From the NCBI GenBank assembly GCA_964409615.1, contig CAYPDT010000002.1:65226-129225 (forward strand): DNA of 64,000 nt. Reading direction: 5' to 3'. The translations under genes were made by a program, and so were the position numbers. Positions within the stretch are counted from its first letter, which is position 1. The number at the start of each line of letters is the position of its first letter. The notes under the pieces were generated by a model, which did not search any database, was not told the origin of the DNA, and was given only the letters and a program-made list of their open reading frames with translations. The stretch is from an uncultured Candidatus Saccharibacteria bacterium. Its GTDB lineage: Bacteria > Patescibacteriota > Saccharimonadia > Saccharimonadales > AWTP1-31. Positions 30,253-39,634 of this stretch are shown here, in pieces.

Positions 30253-30648
30253 TTAGGTGGTCTGGTTTTTAAGCCGTTGCAATTGTCGGCGCACGGTCAA
30301 ATCTAACTGCTGATCTGCTGTGGTTAATCGCACACCGCCAATTACATCGGTATTGATGGTTTCTTGAATAATAACTTCTTTCGCGCCAGTCTCGGCTTGG
30401 AAAATCTGAGTAATTTCTGCAATTTGCTGAGCTACTAAAGCGTGAGCTGTTTCGGCGTGAATATACAGTTTTGCTTGGCTAGTCATAAGCTGTCGTTCGA
30501 CATCGCGCAAAATGGCATTAACATCGCCAAGACGCCGCTCTTCGATTAAATATGCTGCTAACGATACAGCGACTTCTTTGGCAGGTTTGCCGGCATTAAT
30601 GTCTGCAAGCAAGGCACGAGCAATGGTTGAATTAGATTCTTTTGCCAT
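30253..30648 (-). CDS. atpH: F1 ATP synthase subunit delta (short, 131 aa)
   Basis: Position between atpF and atpA. C-terminal OSCP-like block VIGGVRLTTADQQLDLTVRRQLQRL. Confidence 0.72.
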   Translation of the reverse strand: MAKESNSTIARALLADINAGKPAKEVAVSLAAYLIEERRLGDVNAILRDVERQLMTSQAKLYIHAETAHALVAQQIAEITQIFQAETGAKEVIIQETINTDVIGGVRLTTADQQLDLTVRRQLQRLKNQTT

Positions 30649-31190
30649 TACGCTCGTACCTTCGCTAATGCACGTTCAATAAGTGATGCATCTTTCTTAG
30701 CATCGACTTTTTCGTCGATAATAACTTCTGTTGCTTCTGAAACGAGTGCCAGCATTTCACCGCGCAATTCTTTACGTGCTGTTTGCATTTCACGCTCGAT
30801 TCGTGCGGTTGCATCCTTAAGCATGCCATCCACTTTTTTAGCAGCCGACTCTTCGCCCTCTTTAATAATCTGCGTAGCATCTTTCTGTGCCTGAGCAAGA
30901 ATTTCATCTGCTTGAGCTTTTGCCTTATGCTGCATGCCTTTTAGTTCTTCATCGAACTTTTCTTTTGCAGATTGCATCTCGATACCTAAAGCTACACCCT
31001 TATCGATAGTCGTGCGTCGCTTCTCGAGCGTATCTACAATACCGCGCAGGGCAAACTTCTTTAGGATAAGGAACAGCAATACAAAAGTGCCCGCTTGCAA
31101 AACAATAGCCTTGGGATCAATACCAAGTACAGCAATACCTTCTTTTTCGGCGGCTTCGGCTGCAAATAATACTGTTACTGGGTTAATCAT
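30648..31190 (-). CDS. atpF: Fo ATP synthase subunit b
   Basis: A single N-terminal TM helix followed by a long charged coiled coil (KRRTTIDKGVALGIEMQSAKEKFDEELK...). Operon position fits. Confidence 0.85.
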   Translation of the reverse strand: MINPVTVLFAAEAAEKEGIAVLGIDPKAIVLQAGTFVLLFLILKKFALRGIVDTLEKRRTTIDKGVALGIEMQSAKEKFDEELKGMQHKAKAQADEILAQAQKDATQIIKEGEESAAKKVDGMLKDATARIEREMQTARKELRGEMLALVSEATEVIIDEKVDAKKDASLIERALAKVRA

Positions 31191-31261
31191 ATGTTCTTTG
31201 TCTCTTATCTCTTACTAGTAATGGGCCGGGTGATTACTCACCCGGTCTCCCATTAGATAGC

Positions 31262-31528
31262 TTATTTTACGATGATAGCGCCTAGAAAAGCTAGAAGCGC
31301 GGTAACCTCAATCATAGCCGCAATAATAACGACCTGACCAGCAGCTTTACCAGCTTCTGGGTTACGTCCGAGTGCTTTCATGTAGTTTGCGCCTACGTAA
31401 GATAGACCCAATGCAGCACCTAGAAAGGCGATGCCGAGCATGAATGCTTTAGCTGCGGTTGGATTCCATCCACCTTTTACAGCTACTTCTGCTGTCTCTG
31501 CAGCAAATCTTGTGATTGTTGGAACCAT
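31262..31528 (-). CDS. atpE: Fo ATP synthase subunit c
   Basis: Two-helix hairpin with a polar loop (LGRNPEAG) and the conserved carboxylate in AAMIEVTALLAFL. Confidence 0.9.
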   Translation of the reverse strand: MVPTITRFAAETAEVAVKGGWNPTAAKAFMLGIAFLGAALGLSYVGANYMKALGRNPEAGKAAGQVVIIAAMIEVTALLAFLGAIIVK

Positions 31529-31600
31529 TATAGTTTCCCCTTGTTGTTTACCGCACGGGCCCCGAAGTAATCAGAACTGACGTGAGGATATTTAAAAATT

Positions 31601-32455
31601 TTAATGGCTTGTGCCGCCCTCGAGTGCGTCGACCACAGGGTCGACCTCATGGGAAGCATGCTCGTCATCATGGCCATGTGCTATCGCGAGACCTAAGTAT
31701 GTGGCGCAAAGCACCGTAAATACATAGGCCTGGATGCAGGCAACCAGGATTTCGAACATCGCGATTGGCAAAATCGTAAATGATTGAAAATCTTTACCAA
31801 TATAGGCAAAGACTGCAATCAAGATTTCACCGACAACGGTGTTCAAAAACAATCGAAGACTTAAACTAATCATACGAGTAAACTCACCAAACACCTCGAG
31901 CAATCCAATAAACATGTTAACCGGGTTAAACGGCTTGTCGGTAAAGTAGTGCTTGAGGTGACCTAGAAAGCCAGACTCTTTAATAGACAGGTACTGGACG
32001 GTTCCGATGCCGACAACTGCCATGGCGATGGTGCCATTCAAGTCGGCGGTAAAAGCGCGCAGCAAAGGGAAAGTACCTTCTTGAGTAGTGGCGTTAATGC
32101 CAGGGCCAACCCATGGCATGATACCCATGATGTTATTAAAGATAATGAACAAGAAGAAAGTACCGAATATAGGTGCGTACTTGGCTGCCTTTTTGCGTGA
32201 GCCAAGTGGGCCTTCAATTAAACCTATAACAAATTCAACTAGAATCTCAATCAACTGAGTAATACCACGGACAGCTGTAACGCGGACTTTTTTGCGACTG
32301 AATAGACCCAGTAATACGAGCAATAGAGCGCAGATTACGCCATAGATTGTTGAGTTAGTGACGGGGAAGCCGGCAATCTTAAAGACTACTTCGGGGGCCA
32401 GTGCAATATGCGGACCATCCTCAGAAGCGAGGCGACTCAGGGTAGCACTTAACAT
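31601..32455 (-). CDS. atpB: Fo ATP synthase subunit a
   Basis: Polytopic protein. The conserved Arg region ISLSLRLFLN and the C-terminal helices match subunit a. First gene of the operon. Confidence 0.9.
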   Translation of the reverse strand: MLSATLSRLASEDGPHIALAPEVVFKIAGFPVTNSTIYGVICALLLVLLGLFSRKKVRVTAVRGITQLIEILVEFVIGLIEGPLGSRKKAAKYAPIFGTFFLFIIFNNIMGIMPWVGPGINATTQEGTFPLLRAFTADLNGTIAMAVVGIGTVQYLSIKESGFLGHLKHYFTDKPFNPVNMFIGLLEVFGEFTRMISLSLRLFLNTVVGEILIAVFAYIGKDFQSFTILPIAMFEILVACIQAYVFTVLCATYLGLAIAHGHDDEHASHEVDPVVDALEGGTSH

Positions 32456-32627
32456 ACCCCTCCATTCAGTTCACACTCATAGGAGTTCGTCGTCAGCATT
32501 GTGGCGGCGATACAGATACTCATCTTTCGGCAGTATAACAGGAGTAAATTATCTATTCAATATCTACTTTAGACAAAATGAAAAACAAATGCTCTAGCCA
32601 GCTTTGTGAAAGGTGTACAATATAATC

Positions 32628-32858
32628 ATGAGCATTACACTATACACTTCGCCAGCCTGTGCCTATTGTCATATGGCACGTGAGTACTTAAAGAGTAAAA
32701 AACTAAAGTTCAAAGAATACGACATTGCTGATAATCCTAAGGCGCTCGAATGGGTAAGAACCAATGTCGGGCAAATTGCTACCCCTGTAATAGATATTGA
32801 TGGCACTATAATTCTGGGCTTCGACCGGCCACAAATCGACCTAGCATTACGAGCCTAA
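32628..32858 (+). CDS. glutaredoxin-like protein (NrdH/YruB type)
   Basis: About 76 aa. CxxC active site (SPACAYCHMAREYL) and TPVIDIDG block. Start taken at the ATG (MSITLY); the ORF track starts at a GTG at 32613. Confidence 0.8.
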   Translation: MSITLYTSPACAYCHMAREYLKSKKLKFKEYDIADNPKALEWVRTNVGQIATPVIDIDGTIILGFDRPQIDLALRA

Positions 32859-32931
32859 ACGCTATATATAGGGTTTGTAGTTTACACAACAGCGCTATTT
32901 TTGTATAATCCTTAGTCAAGGAGGAACAGCT

Positions 32932-33540
32932 ATGGCCGAGCCAGTTCATGAGAACATCGAGGTTTTGATGCACCATACCAGAGTGCCCCAAACCCCGGCA
33001 GAACTTTTATTTGTTGATTTTGGAGATACGCAACCACCCAGCCCAAATCTAGCAACGGTTGAAATTGAAATATTCGAATGTGAAGCACCAGAAATGATGA
33101 TGGCAAGTTTAGGTGCTGCCGGACTAGTGTTACCGCAAGGACGTCTAGGTAGTGTACGCGCAGAGCTTCGAGCCCTAGAGCAGCATGATGAGGTAGAAGA
33201 TCAACGTAAATCTATTCTCGAAGCGGTAATTGCACGCCATAAAATGGCTCAAGTAATGATTAGCGGGGCGCTCCGTGAGTTCACTGCAACATATACTACG
33301 CCTCGAGCCGCTGCATCCGATGAGGGGATGACGGGTTTTAATCTGAATCACGATGCCTACACAGCCCTCAAAGAACGAACCGATAGGTTCAAAGAGCTAG
33401 CGCCATTGGCCGTTATATTGGGCCTTAAGCCTGCGGTAAGTCGTGGAATTATTGCCGAGGCAGATAGAACAACTGCCGAGCGAGGTATGCGAGTTCTGTA
33501 TGACCAAGCAACTCGAAGCAACGATGCGCGTGTAGCGTAG
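32932..33540 (+). CDS. hypothetical protein
   Basis: 202-aa acidic soluble ORF with GGAGGA SD-like sequence upstream. No motif recognised. Confidence 0.5.
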   Translation: MAEPVHENIEVLMHHTRVPQTPAELLFVDFGDTQPPSPNLATVEIEIFECEAPEMMMASLGAAGLVLPQGRLGSVRAELRALEQHDEVEDQRKSILEAVIARHKMAQVMISGALREFTATYTTPRAAASDEGMTGFNLNHDAYTALKERTDRFKELAPLAVILGLKPAVSRGIIAEADRTTAERGMRVLYDQATRSNDARVA

Positions 33541-33552
33541 TACACTAGGTTC

Positions 33553-34122
33553 ATGAGTTTTGAAGATTATAAAACCAAAGAGTCTGTAGTTATTGTCTAT
33601 ACCGGTGACAGCAAAGGCAAAACGAGTGCCAGTCTGGGCCTGTTAGTCCGGGCCCTTGGAAACCGTTGGAACGTAGCGTTTATACAATTTATTAAATACT
33701 GGGGAGTGGGGGAGCATGTCTTCATTCGGGACATCCAATCACTCTACAAAGATCAGTTGTACTTTTTCAAAGGAGGCAAGGGCTTCTATAAGGCTGGCGA
33801 CCTTAGCCCACAACACATCAGTGAAGACCAACACAAGCAGGCAGCTCAAGAAACCTACGACCAAGCCTACCAGCGGGCAACGAGCGGAACGTACGACCTG
33901 GTTATATGCGATGAGATTAATAACGCTGTCAACGACGGACTTATCACCAAAGCACAGCTCAAGAAACTAATTACCGATAAAGCCAAGAACACAAGCTTAT
34001 GTATGACGGGCCGGAACTTTCCCAAAGACCTACTGCCACTGGTTGACATCGCAACCAATATGACCAAAATTAAACACCACTTTGACGAAAAATACCTGGC
34101 TAACCCAGGAATTGATTACTAA
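33553..34122 (+). CDS. CobA/CobO/BtuR-family P-loop protein (cob(I)yrinic acid a,c-diamide adenosyltransferase-like)
   Basis: VIVYTGDSKGKTSASLGLLVRALG P-loop context, FIQFIK, LVICDEINNAV and TGRNFP blocks typical of the family. 189 aa. Confidence 0.72.
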   Translation: MSFEDYKTKESVVIVYTGDSKGKTSASLGLLVRALGNRWNVAFIQFIKYWGVGEHVFIRDIQSLYKDQLYFFKGGKGFYKAGDLSPQHISEDQHKQAAQETYDQAYQRATSGTYDLVICDEINNAVNDGLITKAQLKKLITDKAKNTSLCMTGRNFPKDLLPLVDIATNMTKIKHHFDEKYLANPGIDY

Positions 34123-34177
34123 ATATATTCAAAACACATAATTGTTAATTTATATATTTAGTGTTAAAATAATATAA

Positions 34178-35482
34178 ATGGATGTTTCTAATGGTTTAGC
34201 TCTGGATGGCGTAGCACAAGAGTGTTATGAAGCCTTTTTACGTACCAATTCAGAACAGACTCAAGACGAACTACTCCGAGCTATGCGCCTTAGCGAGGGG
34301 ATTCTAGGTCTTCTCACGATTCAGAGCCCTGAACATGTTTCAGAAGTACCCTTGAGCCTAGGAGGGCTTCTTGTTGCACGAGAAGTCGTAAGTGATATAG
34401 AAGTCCAGGACGCTGAGCCAAGCGCTGAGCGTGAGCTGTTTATACAGTGGTTCGAAAAGGGTATAGAAGCCTTTCAGCCAGAACCAATTTTGCATTCTGA
34501 AAAGGCAGAATTGTTTGCACTGGCATGGCAGGCTCAACAGCGACCAAATGGCGACAAAGCAGAAAAACTGCGTATCATTAATGCACGTGCTGATTTAATT
34601 GAGCGCTTAACAGGCAAGCGTTACGAATCAGAAGAAACGTACCATGGTATTTCTATGCTTGATATCTTTCAAACCGCGCACTGGATACGTGGCGGGCACC
34701 CCGACGGCACAATGGGCGAAGAGCGAGCAGTCGACCCTGTAGATGTTTATGCGTTAAACCCATCGTTATATAAGTACAGTCAGGAACAAATAGCACGTTC
34801 CGCGCAGCGACTTGCGGATAGTTCTGGAGCACCTATTGATAAGATTTTGACTTCTGCACATCGAGGAATTTATCGTGGCATCAATAATGCACAGCAAATT
34901 GATACTGAGTTAGCAAAAATGCGAGAACTGGGCATTCTACATCATGCAAAGCGGCGACCTGATATCTTCAATTACCCGCTAAAAGTTCTATTAGAAAAAG
35001 AAGACCAGTACGTTGCCATGGGAATACCGCTTGAAGTTATTCGGTCAGAAGCAAAATTCTATGTGTATAAACCAGAAACTATTCTCGACCGCATTCAACT
35101 AGTTGACAGTGCGCTCGAAGCAGCGGCAGGCTATCTATCACCTCAGGAGCGGCAATTTATCGGCCAAGAATTTAGGTCAAAACCGCGACTTATAATCGAC
35201 TGCGGACGCCCAAAAATCGCAGCTACAATTGCTCTAATACAACAGTATGCTACTCCTAGGCAGTGGGCAGAAGTTAGAGCCCAGATGAAACCAGACAATC
35301 CGTTTTCGATGTATGCATCAATTCTGCAAGCTTTTGGTAGGCTAAGACTTTCTGTTATCGAAACGGAGTTTTTAGCATCACCCGATGCAAACTTATTCCT
35401 GACTGCCCGACAAATCATAAATGCCGGCAAGGTTGAGCAAGCTCGGCGACGCCGAAGCGCAAAAACGCGTAACCAAGAGTAA
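34178..35482 (+). CDS. hypothetical protein
   Basis: 434-aa soluble ORF. No motif recognised. Basic C-terminal tail (QARRRRSAKTRNQE). Confidence 0.55.
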   Translation: MDVSNGLALDGVAQECYEAFLRTNSEQTQDELLRAMRLSEGILGLLTIQSPEHVSEVPLSLGGLLVAREVVSDIEVQDAEPSAERELFIQWFEKGIEAFQPEPILHSEKAELFALAWQAQQRPNGDKAEKLRIINARADLIERLTGKRYESEETYHGISMLDIFQTAHWIRGGHPDGTMGEERAVDPVDVYALNPSLYKYSQEQIARSAQRLADSSGAPIDKILTSAHRGIYRGINNAQQIDTELAKMRELGILHHAKRRPDIFNYPLKVLLEKEDQYVAMGIPLEVIRSEAKFYVYKPETILDRIQLVDSALEAAAGYLSPQERQFIGQEFRSKPRLIIDCGRPKIAATIALIQQYATPRQWAEVRAQMKPDNPFSMYASILQAFGRLRLSVIETEFLASPDANLFLTARQIINAGKVEQARRRRSAKTRNQE

Positions 35483-35517
35483 TGTACTTTTGTAGCAAGG
35501 CACGCTACGATTAGGAT

Positions 35518-36036
35518 ATGCAACCTGTTTTTTATTTACTGCTCGGATATCCGGGATCCGGCAAAACAACTGCTTCTAAATTAATCCACGAACTAACTGG
35601 TGCCGTGCATTTGTGGGCCGACCACGAGCGGCGGCAACGCTTTGAAACACCGAAGCACACCAAAGAAGAACACCTTGCCCTATATAGCGAACTCAATAAA
35701 CAAGCTCGTGAATTATTAAGCGAGGGTAAGAGTGTGGTGTACGATACCAACTTTAACTTCTACAAAGACCGGCAACATATGCGAGAGATTGCCCAAGCTA
35801 ACAATGCACGAGTAGAACTCATTTGGGTACAAACACCCTTGGAAGTTGCTAAGCAGCGAGCTACGCAAAATGCTCATTTACAAGGCACTCGTGTGCTAGG
35901 TGATATGTCTGAAGAGACCTTTGAGCGAATGGCCAATCACCTGGAGCGACCACAAAGCGATGAAGCATGCATCGAACTTGATGGCACCAAACTAACAGCA
36001 GACTATATAACCAAAAAACTGCACTTGGGCGAATGA
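35518..36036 (+). CDS. small P-loop kinase-like ATPase (AAA_33/zeta-like fold)
   Basis: Walker A LLGYPGSGKTTASK at the N-terminus. 172 aa. Its stop overlaps the next gene's start (ATGA). Confidence 0.7.
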   Translation: MQPVFYLLLGYPGSGKTTASKLIHELTGAVHLWADHERRQRFETPKHTKEEHLALYSELNKQARELLSEGKSVVYDTNFNFYKDRQHMREIAQANNARVELIWVQTPLEVAKQRATQNAHLQGTRVLGDMSEETFERMANHLERPQSDEACIELDGTKLTADYITKKLHLGE

Positions 36037-36602
36037 GTCGACGAAAAAAAGCAACGCAAAGCCTTATTGTTGGCTTATTAGTCTTGGGGCTGAGTTTTGC
36101 GCAACAGCAAGGCTGGCTTAAATCTGCGACAAAACAGGCCGAACAAGCGCAACCCGGTTTGTACCGAGTGGTCACATTTACCGACGGAGATACAATTTCG
36201 GTAGACATGAATGGTACAACCGAAAAAGTCAGACTTATTGGTGTAGATACGCCCGAAACTCACGACCCGCGTAAAAGTGTCCAGTGTTTTGGCCAGGCTG
36301 CCGCTGATTATACCAAACGACTTATTGGCAACAGTTCGGTTCGGCTAGAGGCCGACCCAACCAACACCAATCGCGACCGATACAATCGGCTGCTCAGATA
36401 TGTTTATCTGCCTGATGGACGACTGGTTAATGCTGAAATTATCAAACAGGGATATGGATTTGCCTACGTCAATTTTCCATTTACCAAACTTGAGGAATTC
36501 AAGGGCTATCAAAAAGAGGCTGAGCTAGCCAAACTTGGTTTGTGGGGAAGCTGTGAAGTAGTTAATCAAAGCAATGGCCAAGAACGCACCAGCGACCAGT
36601 AG
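36033..36602 (+). CDS. secreted/membrane-anchored thermonuclease (staphylococcal nuclease family)
   Basis: N-terminal hydrophobic anchor (LIVGLLVLGLSFA). SNase blocks VRLIGVDTPETHDP, DRYNRLLRYVY, AEIIKQGYGFAY. Confidence 0.87.
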   Translation: MSRRKKATQSLIVGLLVLGLSFAQQQGWLKSATKQAEQAQPGLYRVVTFTDGDTISVDMNGTTEKVRLIGVDTPETHDPRKSVQCFGQAAADYTKRLIGNSSVRLEADPTNTNRDRYNRLLRYVYLPDGRLVNAEIIKQGYGFAYVNFPFTKLEEFKGYQKEAELAKLGLWGSCEVVNQSNGQERTSDQ

Positions 36603-36603
36603 G

Positions 36604-37446
36604 TCAATCGAAGGGTAATCGCCGAGCTTTATTACGGTTAGTAAGTAATTTTTTGAGTGAATACTTACCCGTATCTGTATCGTAAGATAACGCCAGTGGT
36701 CTGAGGATTATATAGCCCACAAAGTACACAATCACGGCAACGGATGAGCCGATGGTACGAATACCGTGCTGTTTATAGGTAACACTTTGCAGACGAATGT
36801 AACGCAAAAAATCGCTTGGTGTATCTGAATACCGGCGGGCCGACATTCCGGCCCGCATAGTTACATCGTATTTCAGTTTCTGGCCTTTTTGAAACAGGTG
36901 AATAGCCATGTCGGCATCTTCAAATATGTACGTCTGCACGCATAATCCGGCTTTAATATCATTCCAGGCTGTTCGGCGAATTGCCATATTGGTTCCGAAT
37001 AAAAAAGGGAAGTTCTTTTCGTGTTGGAATAAGTTATTCTTAAAGAAATGCTCAACTTTATGGTTTTGTGGCGACCACGGCATGTCGTACCAGTGCGATG
37101 AGCCCGTGGCAGCGGCAACCGTCTTGTCTGACATAATATCTTGTACGCGTGCTACCCAATCAGGTTCTAGGCGAGTGTCGGCATCGATACGTCCCAGCAC
37201 ATCACCCTTAGCGGCATTCAAGCCCTTGGTGCGTGCGTATAATACGCCCTGACGTTTTTCATGAATAATCTTCACACCCTTAAACTGTTTAGCGACCGCT
37301 AACGTCTTATCAGTAGAGTTATTATCAACAATAATTATCTCGATTGGCTTCACCGTCTGCTGCATAACCGCATCGAGACAAGCGGATAGCGTTCGCTCTT
37401 CGTTATAAACTGGTATAATGATGGAAACTGTTAGTGCTTTAGCCAT
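36604..37446 (-). CDS. glycosyltransferase family 2
   Basis: VSIIIPVYNEERTL, IIIVDNNSTDKT, and a DxD-like motif in GRIDADTRL. Confidence 0.85.
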   Translation of the reverse strand: MAKALTVSIIIPVYNEERTLSACLDAVMQQTVKPIEIIIVDNNSTDKTLAVAKQFKGVKIIHEKRQGVLYARTKGLNAAKGDVLGRIDADTRLEPDWVARVQDIMSDKTVAAATGSSHWYDMPWSPQNHKVEHFFKNNLFQHEKNFPFLFGTNMAIRRTAWNDIKAGLCVQTYIFEDADMAIHLFQKGQKLKYDVTMRAGMSARRYSDTPSDFLRYIRLQSVTYKQHGIRTIGSSVAVIVYFVGYIILRPLALSYDTDTGKYSLKKLLTNRNKARRLPFD

Positions 37447-37480
37447 AAATTATGCATACGCAATACATAGATAGTACCAA

Positions 37481-38686
37481 ATGAAACAAAAAACACCCGC
37501 CAAACCAACAAAACGAAGTGAGCTGCGCAAAGAACGAGAATTGCTCAACCAACACTATGGTCAAAAAGAGAATCGCCGTTTTCATCGGCTACTTAGTAAG
37601 GTCCGTCTAGAAAAACCGCACATCTGGTGGCGCGAACAGAAAATCTGGCAAAAAATTGGCATCATCATCGCAATTATTGTGATGTTATTTGTCGGTTCTG
37701 CTTATGGAATTGCTCGATGGTATATTGCCACTCAAGCCCACAAAGACTTTAAGTTTGGCGCTACTTTTATACCACGTTACGCACGTTACCTGGGGGTAGA
37801 ACCCGAAGAGACTATGCAGGCCATGATTGACGACCTCAACATTCGCCATTTCCGCTTGGTCAGTTATTGGGACGATATCGAAAAAACACCAGGTCAGTAC
37901 GATTTTACCGAGCTAGACTGGCAGTTCGAAAAGATTCGCAAAGCTGGTGGTACCGTTTCGCTATCCATCGGTCTACGGCAGCCACGGTGGCCAGAATGTC
38001 ACATTCCAGACCGCTTCAAGAATCAACCTAAGGATGTTTGGTATCCTGACTTAAAGAAATTTATTGGCACCGTTGTGGAACGCTACAAAACAAGTCCAGT
38101 ACTGGATACGTGGCAGCTCGAAAATGAGTTTTTCTTGAAAGTCTTTGGCAAATGCCCCGATTTTAGCCGCGACCGTTTAGTTGACGAGTTTAATTATGTC
38201 AAAAAGCTCGACCCTAACCATCCAATTATCGTCACCCGCAGCAATAATGCCTGGGGGTGGCCAATCAACGAACCGCACCCGGATATTTCCGGCGTCTCTG
38301 TCTATAAACGTGTGTGGGATAAGACTATTACCAAGCGTTATTTTGAGTATCCATTCCCAGCCTGGTTCTATGCGTTTTTGGCAGGTGGCAACAAGCTAAT
38401 CACCGGCAAAGACTTAATTATCCACGAGCTGCAAACTGAGCCGTGGGGGCCAGACAAAGGCATTCCCGAGATGACCATTGAAGAACAGAACAAATCGCTT
38501 AATGCTGAGCGATTGACCAACCGAATACAATACGGCAAAGCAACCGGCATGCGCGAAATTGACCTGTGGGGTGTTGAAGTCTGGTACTGGCGTAAAACCG
38601 TCAAGCAAGACCCAAGCCTGTGGGAAGCTGGTAAAGCTGCAATCCGCGACCAACAGTGCCACGATTGCTATTTACCGCGTGATTAG
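37481..38686 (+). CDS. membrane-anchored glycoside hydrolase, clan GH-A (GH42/cellulase-like)
   Basis: TM anchor (IGIIIAIIVMLFVGSAYGIA). Blocks FRLVSYWDDIEKTPGQYDF, RQPRWPECH, and WQLENEF (candidate acid/base NE). Confidence 0.68.
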   Translation: MKQKTPAKPTKRSELRKERELLNQHYGQKENRRFHRLLSKVRLEKPHIWWREQKIWQKIGIIIAIIVMLFVGSAYGIARWYIATQAHKDFKFGATFIPRYARYLGVEPEETMQAMIDDLNIRHFRLVSYWDDIEKTPGQYDFTELDWQFEKIRKAGGTVSLSIGLRQPRWPECHIPDRFKNQPKDVWYPDLKKFIGTVVERYKTSPVLDTWQLENEFFLKVFGKCPDFSRDRLVDEFNYVKKLDPNHPIIVTRSNNAWGWPINEPHPDISGVSVYKRVWDKTITKRYFEYPFPAWFYAFLAGGNKLITGKDLIIHELQTEPWGPDKGIPEMTIEEQNKSLNAERLTNRIQYGKATGMREIDLWGVEVWYWRKTVKQDPSLWEAGKAAIRDQQCHDCYLPRD

Positions 38687-38702
38687 CCGGTATACTAAAG
38701 GA

Positions 38703-39587
38703 ATGCAAGTTGGAGCAAGCCTGTCTATTAAACAATGTCGTAATTTTGGGCTCGACCACCAGAAAGTCTTAACGTCAGCCATTAAAGACTTAGGCATTAC
38801 TCGATTCCGCCTGATGAGCTACTGGAATGAGATTGAGAAATCTCCGGGTACATATGATTACTCGTACTTAGATGCACAATTTAAGATAATCACTAAACAC
38901 CAAGGGACCGTCACATTGTGCCTGGGCGCACGCCAGCCACGCTGGCCGGAGAGTCACTGGCCAGACTGGACAAAAACCATGACCAAACAAGCTCGGAATC
39001 AAGCACTTTATAGCTTTATCGTGCAGACTGTTGAGCGCTACAAACAGGAGTCATGCTTGGTAAGTTGGCAGCTCGAGAACGAGGCACTCCTGAAAAACTT
39101 TGGCGAGGCAGGCGACTTCGACCGTAAACGACTGCGCCATGAATTCGCCCTAGTTAAAGAACTAGATAGTTCACGCCCAGTCATCATGACTACTAGCACT
39201 AGCTGGGGTATACCGCTTAGACGGCCGATACCAGACATCGTAGGGTTCTCATTTTACCGAATAACTTTCGACAAAGGGGCATACCGTAAGTCAATCTATC
39301 AACCATGGATATTCAAACTCCGTGCCTGCTTAATTCGGGTACTTTGGCGCAAGGCGAGCTTCATTCACGAGCTCCAAGCCGAACCATGGGGGCCTAAAAA
39401 TATCTGGGAAATGCCAGAAAGCGAACAAGACAAGTCCATGAGCACTGAAATACTCAGCAGCAATGTTATCAGTGCTCGAAGGACCAATCTGCACCCAATA
39501 GACTTGTGGGGGCTTGAGTGGTGGTATTGGCGCAAGCAACAGGGCGACACAAGCAAGTGGCGAACTATAAAAAAGATTATCAAATAA
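38703..39587 (+). CDS. glycoside hydrolase, clan GH-A, paralogue of the upstream gene (no TM anchor)
   Basis: Shares the blocks FRLMSYWNEIEKSPGTYDY, RQPRWPESH, WQLENEA, HELQAEPWGP and IDLWG.EWWYWR with 37481-38686. Start taken at ATG 38703 rather than the overlapping ORF-track start at 38559. Confidence 0.68.
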   Translation: MQVGASLSIKQCRNFGLDHQKVLTSAIKDLGITRFRLMSYWNEIEKSPGTYDYSYLDAQFKIITKHQGTVTLCLGARQPRWPESHWPDWTKTMTKQARNQALYSFIVQTVERYKQESCLVSWQLENEALLKNFGEAGDFDRKRLRHEFALVKELDSSRPVIMTTSTSWGIPLRRPIPDIVGFSFYRITFDKGAYRKSIYQPWIFKLRACLIRVLWRKASFIHELQAEPWGPKNIWEMPESEQDKSMSTEILSSNVISARRTNLHPIDLWGLEWWYWRKQQGDTSKWRTIKKIIK

Positions 39588-39634
39588 TATAATTAAAGTT
39601 TTGTCGATTCAGTGTTTTCGGCTACAATACAAAG

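Noticed and set aside
38559-38702. Longer version of the second glycoside-hydrolase ORF, overlapping the first by 128 nt.
   Set aside because: The extension has no similarity to the paralogue's N-terminus. The ATG at 38703 lies just after the upstream stop, and homology to the first gene begins there.
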